The translations under genes were made by a program, and so were the position numbers. This document shows, in pieces, positions 1-11,024 of a stretch of DNA of 64,000 nucleotides. The stretch comes from an uncultured Lentisphaerales bacterium. GTDB taxonomy: Bacteria > Verrucomicrobiota > Lentisphaeria > JABSQK01 > UBA12247. How positions within the stretch are numbered: position 1 is the first letter of the stretch; each line of letters begins with the position of its first letter. Where the stretch lies: positions 24,613-88,612 of the forward strand of contig CALSSJ010000020.1 of NCBI GenBank assembly GCA_943788985.1, given 5' to 3'. The notes beneath the pieces are model-generated. The model was not told where the DNA came from, ran no database searches, and saw nothing but the letters and a program-made list of their open reading frames with translations.

Positions 1-71
1 CCTCCTGCCGAGAATACGACATTCTTGATTTGTTTTCACACTCCCCTAAGGCATAACATGCAGGTTCTTCG

Positions 72-3000
72 ATGAAGCTAGGTTTACAATGGTCAGGCAT
101 GCTTGTCGTGCTGCTTATCGTCGGTAGCTGCAGCAAGGCAGATCACAGCGATGCGGGCTCGGGGGATGCTGGCGCCACCTCCGGGACTGATCCGTCTTTC
201 TCCCTCCCAGAGACAGTCTCGTTCAATCAGCATATTCGCCCCATCTTATCGGACAGCTGTTTCGCCTGCCATGGGCCAGATGTGGACAATCAACTGAGTC
301 CGTTCCGCTTGGATACCGAGGAAGCCTCACGCACGAATCTTGCGAAGGAGGGTGATCCACCACGCTACGGGATTGTCCCGGGCAAGCCAGAGGAAAGTCT
401 GCTGATCGAGCGGGTAACGCATGAAGATGTTGCGATACGTATGCCGCCCGTGTCCGGAAACAAGAAGGCAATCACCGCTGAGCAAGCTGCGCTGCTGCGA
501 AAGTGGATCGCAGACGGCGCCAAATACGAGAAGCACTGGGCTTTCGTCGCACCTGAGAAACCCGCGGTTCCGACCGTGGCCAATGCGTCATGGGCTCAGA
601 ATGACGTCGACCGCTTTGTCTTGGCAAAGTTGGAGACAATGCAAATCGCTCCCTCGCCAGAGGCCGATAAAGAAACGTTAATCAGGCGCGTATCGATGGA
701 TCTCACGGGGCTGCCACCATCGCCTGCGGAAATCGATGCCTTTGTGACGGATGAATCCGACGTTGCGTACGAAGCATTGGTGGACCGGGTGATGCAATCG
801 GCCCATTATGGAGAACGCATGGCGATTGATTGGCTGGATTCAGCGCGCTACGCAGATACCAATGCGGTGCACGTGGACCTCGAGCGTTCGAGCTGGCCCT
901 GGCGCGATTGGGTGATCAGGGCGTTTAACGAGAATATGCCCTATGACCAGTTCATTACGGAGCAGATCGCGGGCGATCTCTTACCCGATGCCACGGTTGA
1001 GCAGAAGATTGCGACTGCCTTCAATCGCAACCACGGAATCAATAATGAGGGCGGTACCATCCCGGAGGAGTTTCTGGTGGAGTATGCCGTGGACCGCGTG
1101 AGCACGATGGGATCGGCGATGATGGGTCTCACCCTGGCATGTGCCCGCTGTCACGATCATAAGTTTGACCCGATAACCCAGGATGATTTCTTCAGCCTGT
1201 TCTCATTCTTCAACAACATCCCCGAAAAGGGGCTGGAATCCCAGAATGAGTTCCAAGCTCTGGCTTACAAACCCTTCATCTATGTCTACACGGATGAGCA
1301 GAAGAAAACGAAGGAGACGCTCGACGGCATCTTGGCTGAGTTTGATTCGCTGAAGAGGAAGAAGGGGCCGGATGTGCCGAAGCTGCCAGGAGACGAGAAG
1401 GCGGTGGCTTGGGAAGCATTGACCTTAAAAAAGGTGCATAGTGACAAGGCCAAAATGGCTACGATTGTGAAGGTGAAAACGCAGAAGGGCCTGAAGAGAA
1501 ATATCAGGGACACGACGGTGCTCATTGAGGATACTAAGCGTATCCACTTCAGACAGGGCGTGGGCAAAGATGCCGCACTTGACTTCACGTTTAAGGCACC
1601 GGCGACGCCGTTTAATGTCATACGGGTGGAAGCGCTCATTGCCGCTGGCAGGCCAGGCCGCAACGAACAAATACGAGATCCAGAAACGATTCTGAGCGGG
1701 GTGGAAGTCTCTCTCGTAACCGGGAAGAAGACCCAGCGGCTCGAAGTGGTTACAGGGCATTCCACGCTTGGAGCAAGCGGGGAGAGCATTGTGGCCGCTC
1801 TGGATGACGACAAGGCGAGCGTTTGGAACTGGGGCGCAGGGGCCATGGACCACCATTTTTTCCTGGTGCTCAAGGAACCTGTCACAGCGGTCAAAGGTGA
1901 GCTCGTCGTGCGATTGCACTATCGCGGCGAACAGATCAGGGCAAAATTCTACAATGACTTCATTTTCTACGCGGGCAATAATCAGCATGGCTATGCTGCG
2001 CCCATCGCGCTTATTCCCGCCAAACAACGCTTGGGCTGGCACAAAGATGCCCTGCTTATAAATGGTTGGAATGCAAAGAGACAGACGAAACTTCGCTTTA
2101 GAGACGTAGCTCAGGCAAGGAGCCAGGATGGCACGTTGAAAAAGACTGCCACGCGCTGCATGGTGATGGAAGAGAAGAAGGACATCACCCCTACCTACGT
2201 GTTGGATCGGGGTGCCTATGACGCACCGCTCGAGGAGCGCCCGCGGGAGCGTGAGACGCCGTCGGTGTTCCCCCCCATGCCTGAAGATGCGCCCAAGAAT
2301 CGTCTGGGCCTGGCTCAGTGGTTGGTCTCGAAGGAGAACCCGCTCACCTCACGCGTTGCCGTGAATCGTTTCTGGCAGCAGATTTTCGAGCACGGGATCG
2401 TCAAGACTTCTGAAGACTTTGGCCTACAGAGCGAGCTGCCGTCGCATCCGGGCTTGCTCGACTACCTGGCGGTGGATTTTCAGGAGAATGGCTGGGACGT
2501 GAAACGGCTGATGAAGATGATGGTGATGAGTGCGACTTATCGCCAGTCGTCGCAACTTCGTCCGGACCTGCAGGAGCTTGATCCTGACAACCGGTTGCTG
2601 GCGCAGGCATCTCGGTATCGCTTTCCGGCTGAAGTGATTCGCGACAATGCCTTGGCGGCCTCTGGCTTGCTGAACGACACCATTGGTGGTCCAAGCGTGC
2701 GGCCGTATCAACCCGCTGGGTTGTGGCGTGAGAAGACGATGCGAGCCTCTGCGAGTACGGGTACGTATGTGCGGGATGAGGGCGACAAGCTCTACCGCCG
2801 GGGCATGTACACCTTTTGGAAGCAGGCCGTACCGCCGCCCCAGATGGAGCTTTTTGATGCGCCTTCGCGGGAGAACTGCACCATCAAACGTCGTACCACC
2901 ATCACGCCGCTTCAGGCTCTGATGCTGATGAATGATGAGACCTATCTTGAGCTGTCGCGCGAACTTGCGACGCGGCTGTTTAAGGAGGTCGAGGGGGCCT

Positions 3001-3263
3001 GGGAAGACCAGCTATCGAAACGGATCGAAACCGGCCTGCGCTTGACCACCGGACGAAAACCCAGCACTGAGGAACTGGGCACTTGGATCCAGTTTTCGGA
3101 GGAAAACCTGAAGCGCTTTAGTGAGAGTCCGGAGAATGCCAAAAGCTTCCTGAGCTATGGCGAGAAACCGCGGGATGAATCGCTGCCTGAACTGGAACTC
3201 GCGGCTTTGACCTACACGATGTCTGCGGTGTTTAACCTTGATGAAACCATCACCCGAGATTAG
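72..3263 (+). CDS. PSD1 / planctomycete cytochrome c domain protein (PSCyt1 + DUF1549 + DUF1553), probable lipoprotein
   Basis: 1063-aa ORF. Lipobox-like [26 protein letters not shown] heme motif; [52 protein letters not shown]; ends NLDETITRD. Confidence 0.93.
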   Translation: MKLGLQWSGMLVVLLIVGSCSKADHSDAGSGDAGATSGTDPSFSLPETVSFNQHIRPILSDSCFACHGPDVDNQLSPFRLDTEEASRTNLAKEGDPPRYGIVPGKPEESLLIERVTHEDVAIRMPPVSGNKKAITAEQAALLRKWIADGAKYEKHWAFVAPEKPAVPTVANASWAQNDVDRFVLAKLETMQIAPSPEADKETLIRRVSMDLTGLPPSPAEIDAFVTDESDVAYEALVDRVMQSAHYGERMAIDWLDSARYADTNAVHVDLERSSWPWRDWVIRAFNENMPYDQFITEQIAGDLLPDATVEQKIATAFNRNHGINNEGGTIPEEFLVEYAVDRVSTMGSAMMGLTLACARCHDHKFDPITQDDFFSLFSFFNNIPEKGLESQNEFQALAYKPFIYVYTDEQKKTKETLDGILAEFDSLKRKKGPDVPKLPGDEKAVAWEALTLKKVHSDKAKMATIVKVKTQKGLKRNIRDTTVLIEDTKRIHFRQGVGKDAALDFTFKAPATPFNVIRVEALIAAGRPGRNEQIRDPETILSGVEVSLVTGKKTQRLEVVTGHSTLGASGESIVAALDDDKASVWNWGAGAMDHHFFLVLKEPVTAVKGELVVRLHYRGEQIRAKFYNDFIFYAGNNQHGYAAPIALIPAKQRLGWHKDALLINGWNAKRQTKLRFRDVAQARSQDGTLKKTATRCMVMEEKKDITPTYVLDRGAYDAPLEERPRERETPSVFPPMPEDAPKNRLGLAQWLVSKENPLTSRVAVNRFWQQIFEHGIVKTSEDFGLQSELPSHPGLLDYLAVDFQENGWDVKRLMKMMVMSATYRQSSQLRPDLQELDPDNRLLAQASRYRFPAEVIRDNALAASGLLNDTIGGPSVRPYQPAGLWREKTMRASASTGTYVRDEGDKLYRRGMYTFWKQAVPPPQMELFDAPSRENCTIKRRTTITPLQALMLMNDETYLELSRELATRLFKEVEGAWEDQLSKRIETGLRLTTGRKPSTEELGTWIQFSEENLKRFSESPENAKSFLSYGEKPRDESLPELELAALTYTMSAVFNLDETITRD

Positions 3264-3266
3264 ATC

Positions 3267-4721
3267 ATGGATCCGCTGGAAGACCATTATCTAAACGTCA
3301 CCCGCAAGCAATTCTTTGCGAAGACAGCTGCAGGCATTGGCGGATTGGCGCTTGGCTCGTTGATGAACCAATCGCTGTTGGCCAACTCGCCATTGGAGCG
3401 AGGCCTCTTGGGCGCCCCACATTTTCCGGCGAAAGCCAAGCGGGTGATTTACCTGTTTCAGAATGGTGGGCCTGCACAGCAGGATTTGTTCGATTACAAA
3501 CCGGGGCTGCTGGAGAAATACGACCAGGATCTCCCAGATTCGGTCCGTGGCAATCAGCGAATTACCGGAATGACGTCGCGCCAGGCACGATTTCCCATCG
3601 TCCCTTCCATCTTTAAGTTCAACAAGCATGCCAACAACCAGGATGGGCTCTGGGTCTCTGAGCTTTATCCGTACACCGCCCAGATCGCCAAGGAGATTTG
3701 CGTGGTGAAATCCATGCATACCTCAGCCATCAATCATGAGCCAGGCATCACCTTTCTGCAGACGGGTTCTGAACTGCCGGGGCGGCCATCGTTTGGCTCG
3801 TGGGCGAGCTACGGTCTGGGGAGTGCGAATGAGAACTTGCCCGGCTTCGTGGTCATGATCAGCCAAGCGCAAGGCGGCAATGTGCAGACCGTTTCCTCAC
3901 GGTTGTGGGGCTCTGGCTTTTTGCCCGGCGAACACCAAGGGGTAAACCTGCGTGGCGCCGCAGACCCCGTGCTGTTTTTGAATGACCCAAGTGGTATCGA
4001 ACGGCAGGATCGCCGGCGGATGCTGGATTTTTTGGCAAAGCGAAACCAGGAAGAAGCCCAGCGCTCGAAGGATCCCGACGTGACCGCGCGAATTGCCCAA
4101 TACGAAATGGCCTACCGCATGCAGATGTCGGTGCCTGAGCTCACTGATTTCTCCGGAGAGTCGGCAGAAACGCTGGCGATGTATGGTCCCAATGTCCAGA
4201 AGCCTGGGGCCTACGCCTATAACTGCCTAATGGCGCGGCGCTTGTCAGAGCGAGGTGTACGCTTCATCCAGCTCTACAATCGCGGCTGGGACCAACACAA
4301 CAATCTGCCCAGGGACTTGAAGAAGCAGGCAGCTGCCTCGGATCAGCCCCAGGCGGCGTTGATCAAGGACCTCAAGCAGCGCGGTATGCTCGACGATACC
4401 TTGGTCATCTGGGGCGGGGAGTTCGGCCGTACCACCTATGGTCAGGGCGGGCTGAGCAAGACGAACTATGGGCGAGACCATCATCCTCGTTGCTTCACGA
4501 TGTGGTTTGCCGGCGGCGGGATCAAACCCGGAATCAGCTATGGCCGAACCGATGACTATGGCTACAACATTGTTGAGAATCCCGTCCACGTCCATGATTT
4601 GCACGCCACGTTGTTGCACTTGATGGGGATCAATCATGAGCAGTTGACCTACCGGCATCAAGGACGGGACTTCAGGCTCACCGATGTCCACGGACACGTG
4701 ATGAGCGACCTACTAATCTAG
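3267..4721 (+). CDS. DUF1501 family protein (sulfatase-like fold), copy 1
   Basis: Tat-like TRKQFF; HFPAKAKRVIYLFQNGGP; GWDQH; WGGEFGRT; GRDHHP; RDFRLTDVHG. Typical partner of DUF1549/1553 genes. Confidence 0.93.
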   Translation: MDPLEDHYLNVTRKQFFAKTAAGIGGLALGSLMNQSLLANSPLERGLLGAPHFPAKAKRVIYLFQNGGPAQQDLFDYKPGLLEKYDQDLPDSVRGNQRITGMTSRQARFPIVPSIFKFNKHANNQDGLWVSELYPYTAQIAKEICVVKSMHTSAINHEPGITFLQTGSELPGRPSFGSWASYGLGSANENLPGFVVMISQAQGGNVQTVSSRLWGSGFLPGEHQGVNLRGAADPVLFLNDPSGIERQDRRRMLDFLAKRNQEEAQRSKDPDVTARIAQYEMAYRMQMSVPELTDFSGESAETLAMYGPNVQKPGAYAYNCLMARRLSERGVRFIQLYNRGWDQHNNLPRDLKKQAAASDQPQAALIKDLKQRGMLDDTLVIWGGEFGRTTYGQGGLSKTNYGRDHHPRCFTMWFAGGGIKPGISYGRTDDYGYNIVENPVHVHDLHATLLHLMGINHEQLTYRHQGRDFRLTDVHGHVMSDLLI

Positions 4722-4748
4722 CCTAAATACTTCACGCAAGGCCCACGT

Positions 4749-6200
4749 ATGAATCCACTGGAAGATCATTATCTGAATCTGACCCGCAGGCAGTTCTTTG
4801 CCAAGGGAGCCGCAGGCATTGGCGGACTGGCACTAGGCTCGTTGATGAAGCAACCAGCGCTGGCCGGTTCGCCGCTTGAGCGCGGCATCTTGGGGGCACC
4901 CCATTTTCCGGCCAAGGCCAAAAGAGTGATCTACCTGTTTCAGAATGGTGGCCCTGCTCAGCAAGATCTGTTTGATTACAAGCCAGAGCTTATGGAGCAG
5001 TATGACAAGGATCTGCCCGATTCGATACGAGGTAAGCAGCGGATTACGGGGATGACCTCGCGCCAAGCGCGGTTTCCTGTGGCCCCGTCCATCTTCAAGT
5101 TCAACAAGCATGAGAACAATGAGGATGGGTTGTGGGTCTCTGAGCTCTACCCGCATACGGGGGCGATCGCCAAGGAGATTTGCGTGGTGAAATCGATGCA
5201 TACCTCAGCCATCAATCATGAGCCGGGCATCACCTTCTTGCAGACCGGTTCCGAACTGCCGGGCCGGCCATCGTTTGGCTCGTGGGCGAGCTATGGCCTG
5301 GGCAGCGCCAATGAGAATCTACCGGGCTTTGTCGTGATGATCAGCCAAGGATACGGCAACATGCAGACCATTTCGTCCCGACTGTGGGGCTCTGGATTTT
5401 TGCCGAGCGAGCATCAGGGTGTGAACCTACGCGGGGCCGAAGATCCCGTGCTCTTTCTGAGCGACCCCAACGGCATCGAGCGACAGGATCGGCGTCGCAT
5501 GCTGGATTTTCTGGCAAAGCGCAACCAGGAAGAAGCGTTACGGTCGAACGATCCAGACGTGGCTGCGCGCATTGCCCAATACGAAATGGCCTACCGCATG
5601 CAGATGTCGGTGCCTGAGTTAACAGATTTTGCTGAGGAGTCCGAAGACACGCTGGCGATGTATGGCCCCGATGTCAAAAAGGCTGGTTCCTACGCTTACA
5701 ACTGCCTGATGGCGCGACGCTTGGCAGAGCGCGGGGTGCGCTTTATCCAGCTGTATAACCGTGGTTGGGACCAGCACGGCAATCTGCCGAAAGATATCAA
5801 GAAGCAAGCAGACGCGACAGACCAACCCCAGGCGGCGTTGATCAAGGACTTGAAACAGCGCGGGATGCTTGATGATACGCTGGTGATTTGGGGCGGAGAA
5901 TTTGGCCGCACCACCTACAGCCAGGGCACTCTGTCAAAGACAAACTACGGGCGGGACCATCATCCTCGTTGCTTCAGCATGTGGTTCGCCGGCGGCGGAA
6001 TCAAACCCGGAATCAGCTATGGCCAAACCGATGATTATTGCTACAACATCATTGAGAACCCGGTCCACGTCCATGATCTGCACGCGACGCTGTTGCACCT
6101 CATGGGCATCAATCATGAGCAGTTGACCTACCGGCATCAAGGACGCGACTTCCGCCTCACCGATGTCCATGGCCACATCATCAACGACATCTTGGTTTAG
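4749..6200 (+). CDS. DUF1501 family protein, copy 2 (tandem paralog)
   Basis: Same motifs as 3267..4721, collinear and mostly identical by eye; Tat-like TRRQFF. Confidence 0.93.
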   Translation: MNPLEDHYLNLTRRQFFAKGAAGIGGLALGSLMKQPALAGSPLERGILGAPHFPAKAKRVIYLFQNGGPAQQDLFDYKPELMEQYDKDLPDSIRGKQRITGMTSRQARFPVAPSIFKFNKHENNEDGLWVSELYPHTGAIAKEICVVKSMHTSAINHEPGITFLQTGSELPGRPSFGSWASYGLGSANENLPGFVVMISQGYGNMQTISSRLWGSGFLPSEHQGVNLRGAEDPVLFLSDPNGIERQDRRRMLDFLAKRNQEEALRSNDPDVAARIAQYEMAYRMQMSVPELTDFAEESEDTLAMYGPDVKKAGSYAYNCLMARRLAERGVRFIQLYNRGWDQHGNLPKDIKKQADATDQPQAALIKDLKQRGMLDDTLVIWGGEFGRTTYSQGTLSKTNYGRDHHPRCFSMWFAGGGIKPGISYGQTDDYCYNIIENPVHVHDLHATLLHLMGINHEQLTYRHQGRDFRLTDVHGHIINDILV

Positions 6201-6272
6201 GACTGAGATGATGACGATAGCCGAGATCGATGAGCGAGCACTCCGACCAGAGTCGAATAGCCCGTTGGAGTT

Positions 6273-6288
6273 CACAACTTTAGTTGTG
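6273..6288. promoter_or_regulatory. Palindrome CACAACT-TT-AGTTGTG, possible operator upstream of the 6441 gene
   Basis: Perfect 7-bp inverted repeat with a 2-nt spacer in intergenic DNA; function inferred only. Confidence 0.25.
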
Positions 6289-6440
6289 CGGCATGCAGGC
6301 TGGCAGTTGCGGCGTGGCACATCTAAAGCGTTTAACTTGAACGCGTTACGCTGTCTCCCACTTCAGTCAACAAACACTCCTTGGCGCTCCCAGACTCAAT
6401 TCATCGCTACTATCTCCTAAGCCCGTAAGACTTCTAGGCA

Positions 6441-9400
6441 ATGATGATCTCCGTTTCCGAATCAACGATTAAAAAATTCCTCAAGATTTTTGCTGTGTTG
6501 GCTAGCGCCGCCATGATCGCGAGCGGCTTCTTCTCTGCCCCGGAATTGCCGGAAGAACTCGCCCTGTTTGTCGGCCGATTCCACCCGCTGGTGGTCCACA
6601 TGCCGATCGGCTTCGTGACCGCGGTCCTGCTGATCCAGCTGGTCGCAATCTATCGTAGGGCCGACCTGCGTCTGGCCGTTCGGACGCTGCTGTGGTTTAC
6701 GATGATCTCTGGCATTCTGTCGGCAGTGTTTGGGACCTTGCTGGCCATTCCCGGTGGCTACGACGAGGTGCTGCTGGAGCGGCATCGCTGGCTGGGAATC
6801 GGGACCAGCATCGCCTGCATCTGGATGTTGGTCGCGCACCAGTCAAATCGCAAGCAGAGAGACATGCTCTACAGCCTGTGCCTGTTGATTTGTATGGGGC
6901 TGGTAGGGGCTACCGGGCACCTAGGCGGGGCTCTGACCCATGGCGAAGGCTATCTCACGGCCTACCTACCAGAAGTCTTAGGGGGGCCGGCCCTGCCAGA
7001 GCCAATCGATCCCGGAACCAAGGAAGATGCCGCCATCTATGGGCGCGTCATCCAGCCGCTGCTACAGAGCAAATGCGTGTCCTGCCATAACCCAGGGAAG
7101 AATAACGGTGATTTGCAGATGCATGATCTAGCCAGCCTACTGAAAGGTGGCAAGCACGGACCTGCGATCAATACCAAGAGCGCATCTGAGAGTTTGCTCA
7201 TCACCCGAGCTGAACTGCCGCTTGAGCACAAGGAGCATATGCCGCCGAAAGGCAAGGTCCAGCTGACAGATCCCGAACTGGAATTGCTTCGCTGGTGGAT
7301 TGGCCAGGACGCGCCAGAGCGTGTGGCTCTGGATGGAGACCTGCCACAAGATGAATCGATCGCGCTGATGGAAAGCGCACTGAGCTTTGCAATCGCGGAG
7401 CCAAAGCTGCCGTTGCTCAGCTGGGAAGAGACCGTCGAGGCTAGCAAACCGCTTCACAACAATCCGAACGTCCGGATCCGTCGAGTCTCACTCGACACAC
7501 CGGTGGTGGACGTATTCTTTGAGCCAAGTTCAGACAACATCGATGCCCTTGTTGCACAGCTGCTGCCGATCAAGGCGAATATCTTACTGCTGGATTTGAG
7601 CAATACCGAATTCACCGACGCTGCCGTCGAACAGCTGGCTGGCTTTACTAATCTGGAAGAGCTGCGTCTGAACAACACGCCGATCACAGATGCCCATGTT
7701 GCGCAATTCGAACGCTTGCGGCAGTTGAGGAAGCTGAACCTCTACGGCACACAGATTAGTGATGCCGCCTTGGTTGCGCTGCGGAAACTCCCCGAACTCA
7801 GGCAGGTAAACACCTACGAGACGGAGGCGACGTACGAGGCTGCCGAGCAGTTTATCGCCGAGATGGAGAACGAAGTCGTGCAACGGAAGCTGGAGAATAA
7901 AATCAAGCAGCTAAAATCGCAGCTTCTGTCGCTGGCAGTTGAAGTCGTTGGCATTGAACCAGAGCCGCCTGCGACAACCCTTGCCGCGAGTCTGGAAAAA
8001 TTCAATAGCGACACATCCAGCTACGGCACACTTGTCACGAAGCGTGCGAGAGTCGCCGTCAGCTCGACCTCTGTGCATGATCCGCCGAATGGCTTGCGAT
8101 CCCTGATCCAAGAAAAGGGCGAAGAGCTTCCCTTCTCGTTTCATACTGCCGAAGAAAAGAACCCGTGGGTATCCTTCAACTATCAAGCCCCGATTCGCCT
8201 GAATGCGATCAGCATTCGCAACCGCACCGACCTCACCGAACGGGCCGCCGGCCTCGTCTTGGAAGGCAAGCTTAGCACGGCGAACGAGATTGTCGTGGTG
8301 ACGAATACAATGGACACGAAACTCACCGAGTATGCGCTAGGCCAACGGCTGCAAGGGCGCTACATCACGATGCGGTTTACGGGGCCAGGGACCTGTAACC
8401 CGGGCGGCTCAGAATTGGTGCTCGCCCTTGGGCCCGAGAGCGCCTATCAGAAAGATGTGCTGGCACTCAAGCCCATCGCATACTACAGCTTTGACACAGC
8501 TGATCTCGCCAAGGCAGACACAGCGAGTAACCTGGGCTCGCTTGCGAACTCCGCAACTCTGGCAGGCGGTGCACGCTTCAGCGGCGAAAGCGGTGGCTAC
8601 ATCGGTGGTGCGCTCACTATTGACGACAACAGTAACCATGTCCTGCTTGTTGATGACGGTGCGATTGCTCTCGGCCAGGATTGGACTATTTCCACCTGGT
8701 TCCAAGGGCTGCATGACTCCTCAAACTTCCGTACATTGACCCGGTCCAAGGACGATGGGGCGGATCATCAAGTCATCATCAACAATGGGACCGATAACCT
8801 GGGGCTCTATAACAATGGCGACCCCGAGGCCAGAGGCTTTCAGGACAGTGGCTATGATCTCCTCCTTGGTGATGCTGCCTGGCACCATCTTGTCGCAGTC
8901 GGCACCGGCGGTGACGCCGGGAAAACGGAGTTTTACATCGATGGCAAGCACGTCGCGACGGTCGAACAAGGCAGTTCGGGGAATGTGTATGCGATCGGAA
9001 ACTACCAGCATGGCACCCAGCCCTTTGCGCAGGCCCTTGACGAGTTTGCGGTCTTTGATCGCGCCTTGACAACTGCTCAGATCGCCATCCTCGCAGGCAA
9101 CAAACCCGCCCCAGCCAAGGTCGCTGACACCGTCCTGCTGCCAGCGCCAGTCAAGGCAACCGCGTCGAGCGAGTTCAGTGAGAACTATGCCGTGACGCAT
9201 CTGTTTGACGGCGCTCCAACCATCCAAGATCTGGGCACCTCGCAGATGCTGGGGACGCAATATGCCGGTAAAGGACCTGGGCCGCATGTGGTCAGCTATG
9301 ACATGGGAGCCTCCGTAACCTTCGACCGCATTTTCTACGCCCAGCGGCCCACGAATCTTTGCGATGCCACCAACACGATTGAGTTTTGGGTTAGCGATAG

Positions 9401-11024
9401 CGACCCCGGGCCTACTTCCACCGAAATGCCAATGCTCGGCGGTTCGGGCTGGCAGGAAATCCATGCGTTCGAGGGCACGCCCAGTGCGTGGAATGTCGAC
9501 TTGACTGAACTTCCCAGCGACAAGCGAACCGCCACAGATTTTCGCTTGGTCATTAAGAAGGAGAAGGCGATTCTACATCTGCAAAAGGTGTTACTGTGGG
9601 GCGAAAGTCGCCCTGCGTCGGTCTCGGTTTCCATTCTGGATGCGGGCAAAGGCAAGTATGGCAGCCGCATCAGCACAGAGGCCAAGGTCTCGGTGAGTTC
9701 AACCACTGTGCATGATCCTCCGGCGGGCTTGAAGGCGCTCATCCAGGACAAGGATAATGGACTCGATTTCGCATTTCACACCGGAAACGAGATGAAGCCC
9801 TGGGTGCAGTTCAGCTATCCCATCGAGACCACTGTGCATGCGATCCATATCGTCAATCGCAAAGATCTCATAGAACGCGCCGAAGATCTGGCCCTGCAGA
9901 GTTCGAAAGACGGCAAGACCTGGGACGAGATTTGGGCGTCCGATGCGGTAGCCCCGGAATGGACGCTTGACCTGACCAAAGTCCCCGTTGCCAAGCGGGA
10001 AGCTAAGTACTTCCGGCTTATCCTTGATCGTGAATCCCCGGCGACGCTTCATCTCTCGCAAGTACACATGTGGGGAATTGGCCAAGCACCTGCTAAACCA
10101 GAGGCAGCGGTTGCGCCAGCAAGGACAGGCCAAGGTGACTGGATTTACGAGGTGGTCTCAAATTGGGGAGCGGTGCCCGGGCATGATCACATCGGCGCCA
10201 CCAACGGCAGCATCGTGATCGATAAGTCTGGCAAGGTCTACGTGTCTACCGATGGCCCTCACGGACTGATTGTATATGAGCAAGACGGCACTTTTATTAA
10301 GAGCCTTGGTCCCCATACCAAGCGGTTTCATGGTATGAACATTGCGGAAGAAAATGCCAAAGAATACATCTTCGCGGCAGCAATGGGCATCGTCTACAAG
10401 ATCGACCTCGATGGACATGTCGTCCTTAAAATTGAGGGGGCCAAACAGGCGCCGGAGAATATCTGGGCAAAAGCCACGGCCGTCGCCATCGCACCGAACG
10501 GAGACCTGTTTATCGCCGATGGCTATGGCAGCTCTGTCATCTACAAGTACCAGAGCGACGGCACGTTCATCCGCAAGTTTGGATTGCGGGGAAAAAAGGA
10601 TGGTCAATTCACCATTAGCCATGGACTGATCATTGACGCCCGAAATCCAAAGGCTCCTTTGCTGCTAGTCTGCGATCGCGAGAACGGCCGACTTCAGCAT
10701 TTCGATCTGGATGGAAACTTTGTGGAGGTCATCATTGATGGCCTGCGCCGTCCATGTGCGGCATCCATCCACAATGACTTTATGCTTGTGGCCGAACTGG
10801 CTGGGCGGGCGGTGATATTGGACAAGAATAACGAGATTGTATCCATCTTGGGCGACAACCCACAGGTCAAGCAACGGGCAAACTTTCGGGTACCGCCAAA
10901 GGACTGGAAAGAAGGCGTTTTCACCGCGCCCCACGGCTGTTGCTTCGATGCCAAGGGTAATGTCTACATACAAGACTGGAACAAGTTCGGCCGCATCACC
11001 AAACTGGTGCGAGTCGCAAAGTAA
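6441..11024 (+). CDS. Multidomain membrane protein: DUF2231-like TM region, planctomycete cytochrome c, LRRs, discoidin/F5-8-like domains, LamG, C-terminal NHL beta-propeller
   Basis: GRFHPLVVHMPIG; GHLGGALTHG; KCVSCH...MPPKGK; LRR LEELRLNNTPITD/LRKLNLYGTQISD; LamG WHHLVAV...LDEFAVFDRAL; NHL LFIADGYG, LLVCDRENGRLQHF, APHGCCFD. Confidence 0.88.
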   Translation: MMISVSESTIKKFLKIFAVLASAAMIASGFFSAPELPEELALFVGRFHPLVVHMPIGFVTAVLLIQLVAIYRRADLRLAVRTLLWFTMISGILSAVFGTLLAIPGGYDEVLLERHRWLGIGTSIACIWMLVAHQSNRKQRDMLYSLCLLICMGLVGATGHLGGALTHGEGYLTAYLPEVLGGPALPEPIDPGTKEDAAIYGRVIQPLLQSKCVSCHNPGKNNGDLQMHDLASLLKGGKHGPAINTKSASESLLITRAELPLEHKEHMPPKGKVQLTDPELELLRWWIGQDAPERVALDGDLPQDESIALMESALSFAIAEPKLPLLSWEETVEASKPLHNNPNVRIRRVSLDTPVVDVFFEPSSDNIDALVAQLLPIKANILLLDLSNTEFTDAAVEQLAGFTNLEELRLNNTPITDAHVAQFERLRQLRKLNLYGTQISDAALVALRKLPELRQVNTYETEATYEAAEQFIAEMENEVVQRKLENKIKQLKSQLLSLAVEVVGIEPEPPATTLAASLEKFNSDTSSYGTLVTKRARVAVSSTSVHDPPNGLRSLIQEKGEELPFSFHTAEEKNPWVSFNYQAPIRLNAISIRNRTDLTERAAGLVLEGKLSTANEIVVVTNTMDTKLTEYALGQRLQGRYITMRFTGPGTCNPGGSELVLALGPESAYQKDVLALKPIAYYSFDTADLAKADTASNLGSLANSATLAGGARFSGESGGYIGGALTIDDNSNHVLLVDDGAIALGQDWTISTWFQGLHDSSNFRTLTRSKDDGADHQVIINNGTDNLGLYNNGDPEARGFQDSGYDLLLGDAAWHHLVAVGTGGDAGKTEFYIDGKHVATVEQGSSGNVYAIGNYQHGTQPFAQALDEFAVFDRALTTAQIAILAGNKPAPAKVADTVLLPAPVKATASSEFSENYAVTHLFDGAPTIQDLGTSQMLGTQYAGKGPGPHVVSYDMGASVTFDRIFYAQRPTNLCDATNTIEFWVSDSDPGPTSTEMPMLGGSGWQEIHAFEGTPSAWNVDLTELPSDKRTATDFRLVIKKEKAILHLQKVLLWGESRPASVSVSILDAGKGKYGSRISTEAKVSVSSTTVHDPPAGLKALIQDKDNGLDFAFHTGNEMKPWVQFSYPIETTVHAIHIVNRKDLIERAEDLALQSSKDGKTWDEIWASDAVAPEWTLDLTKVPVAKREAKYFRLILDRESPATLHLSQVHMWGIGQAPAKPEAAVAPARTGQGDWIYEVVSNWGAVPGHDHIGATNGSIVIDKSGKVYVSTDGPHGLIVYEQDGTFIKSLGPHTKRFHGMNIAEENAKEYIFAAAMGIVYKIDLDGHVVLKIEGAKQAPENIWAKATAVAIAPNGDLFIADGYGSSVIYKYQSDGTFIRKFGLRGKKDGQFTISHGLIIDARNPKAPLLLVCDRENGRLQHFDLDGNFVEVIIDGLRRPCAASIHNDFMLVAELAGRAVILDKNNEIVSILGDNPQVKQRANFRVPPKDWKEGVFTAPHGCCFDAKGNVYIQDWNKFGRITKLVRVAK

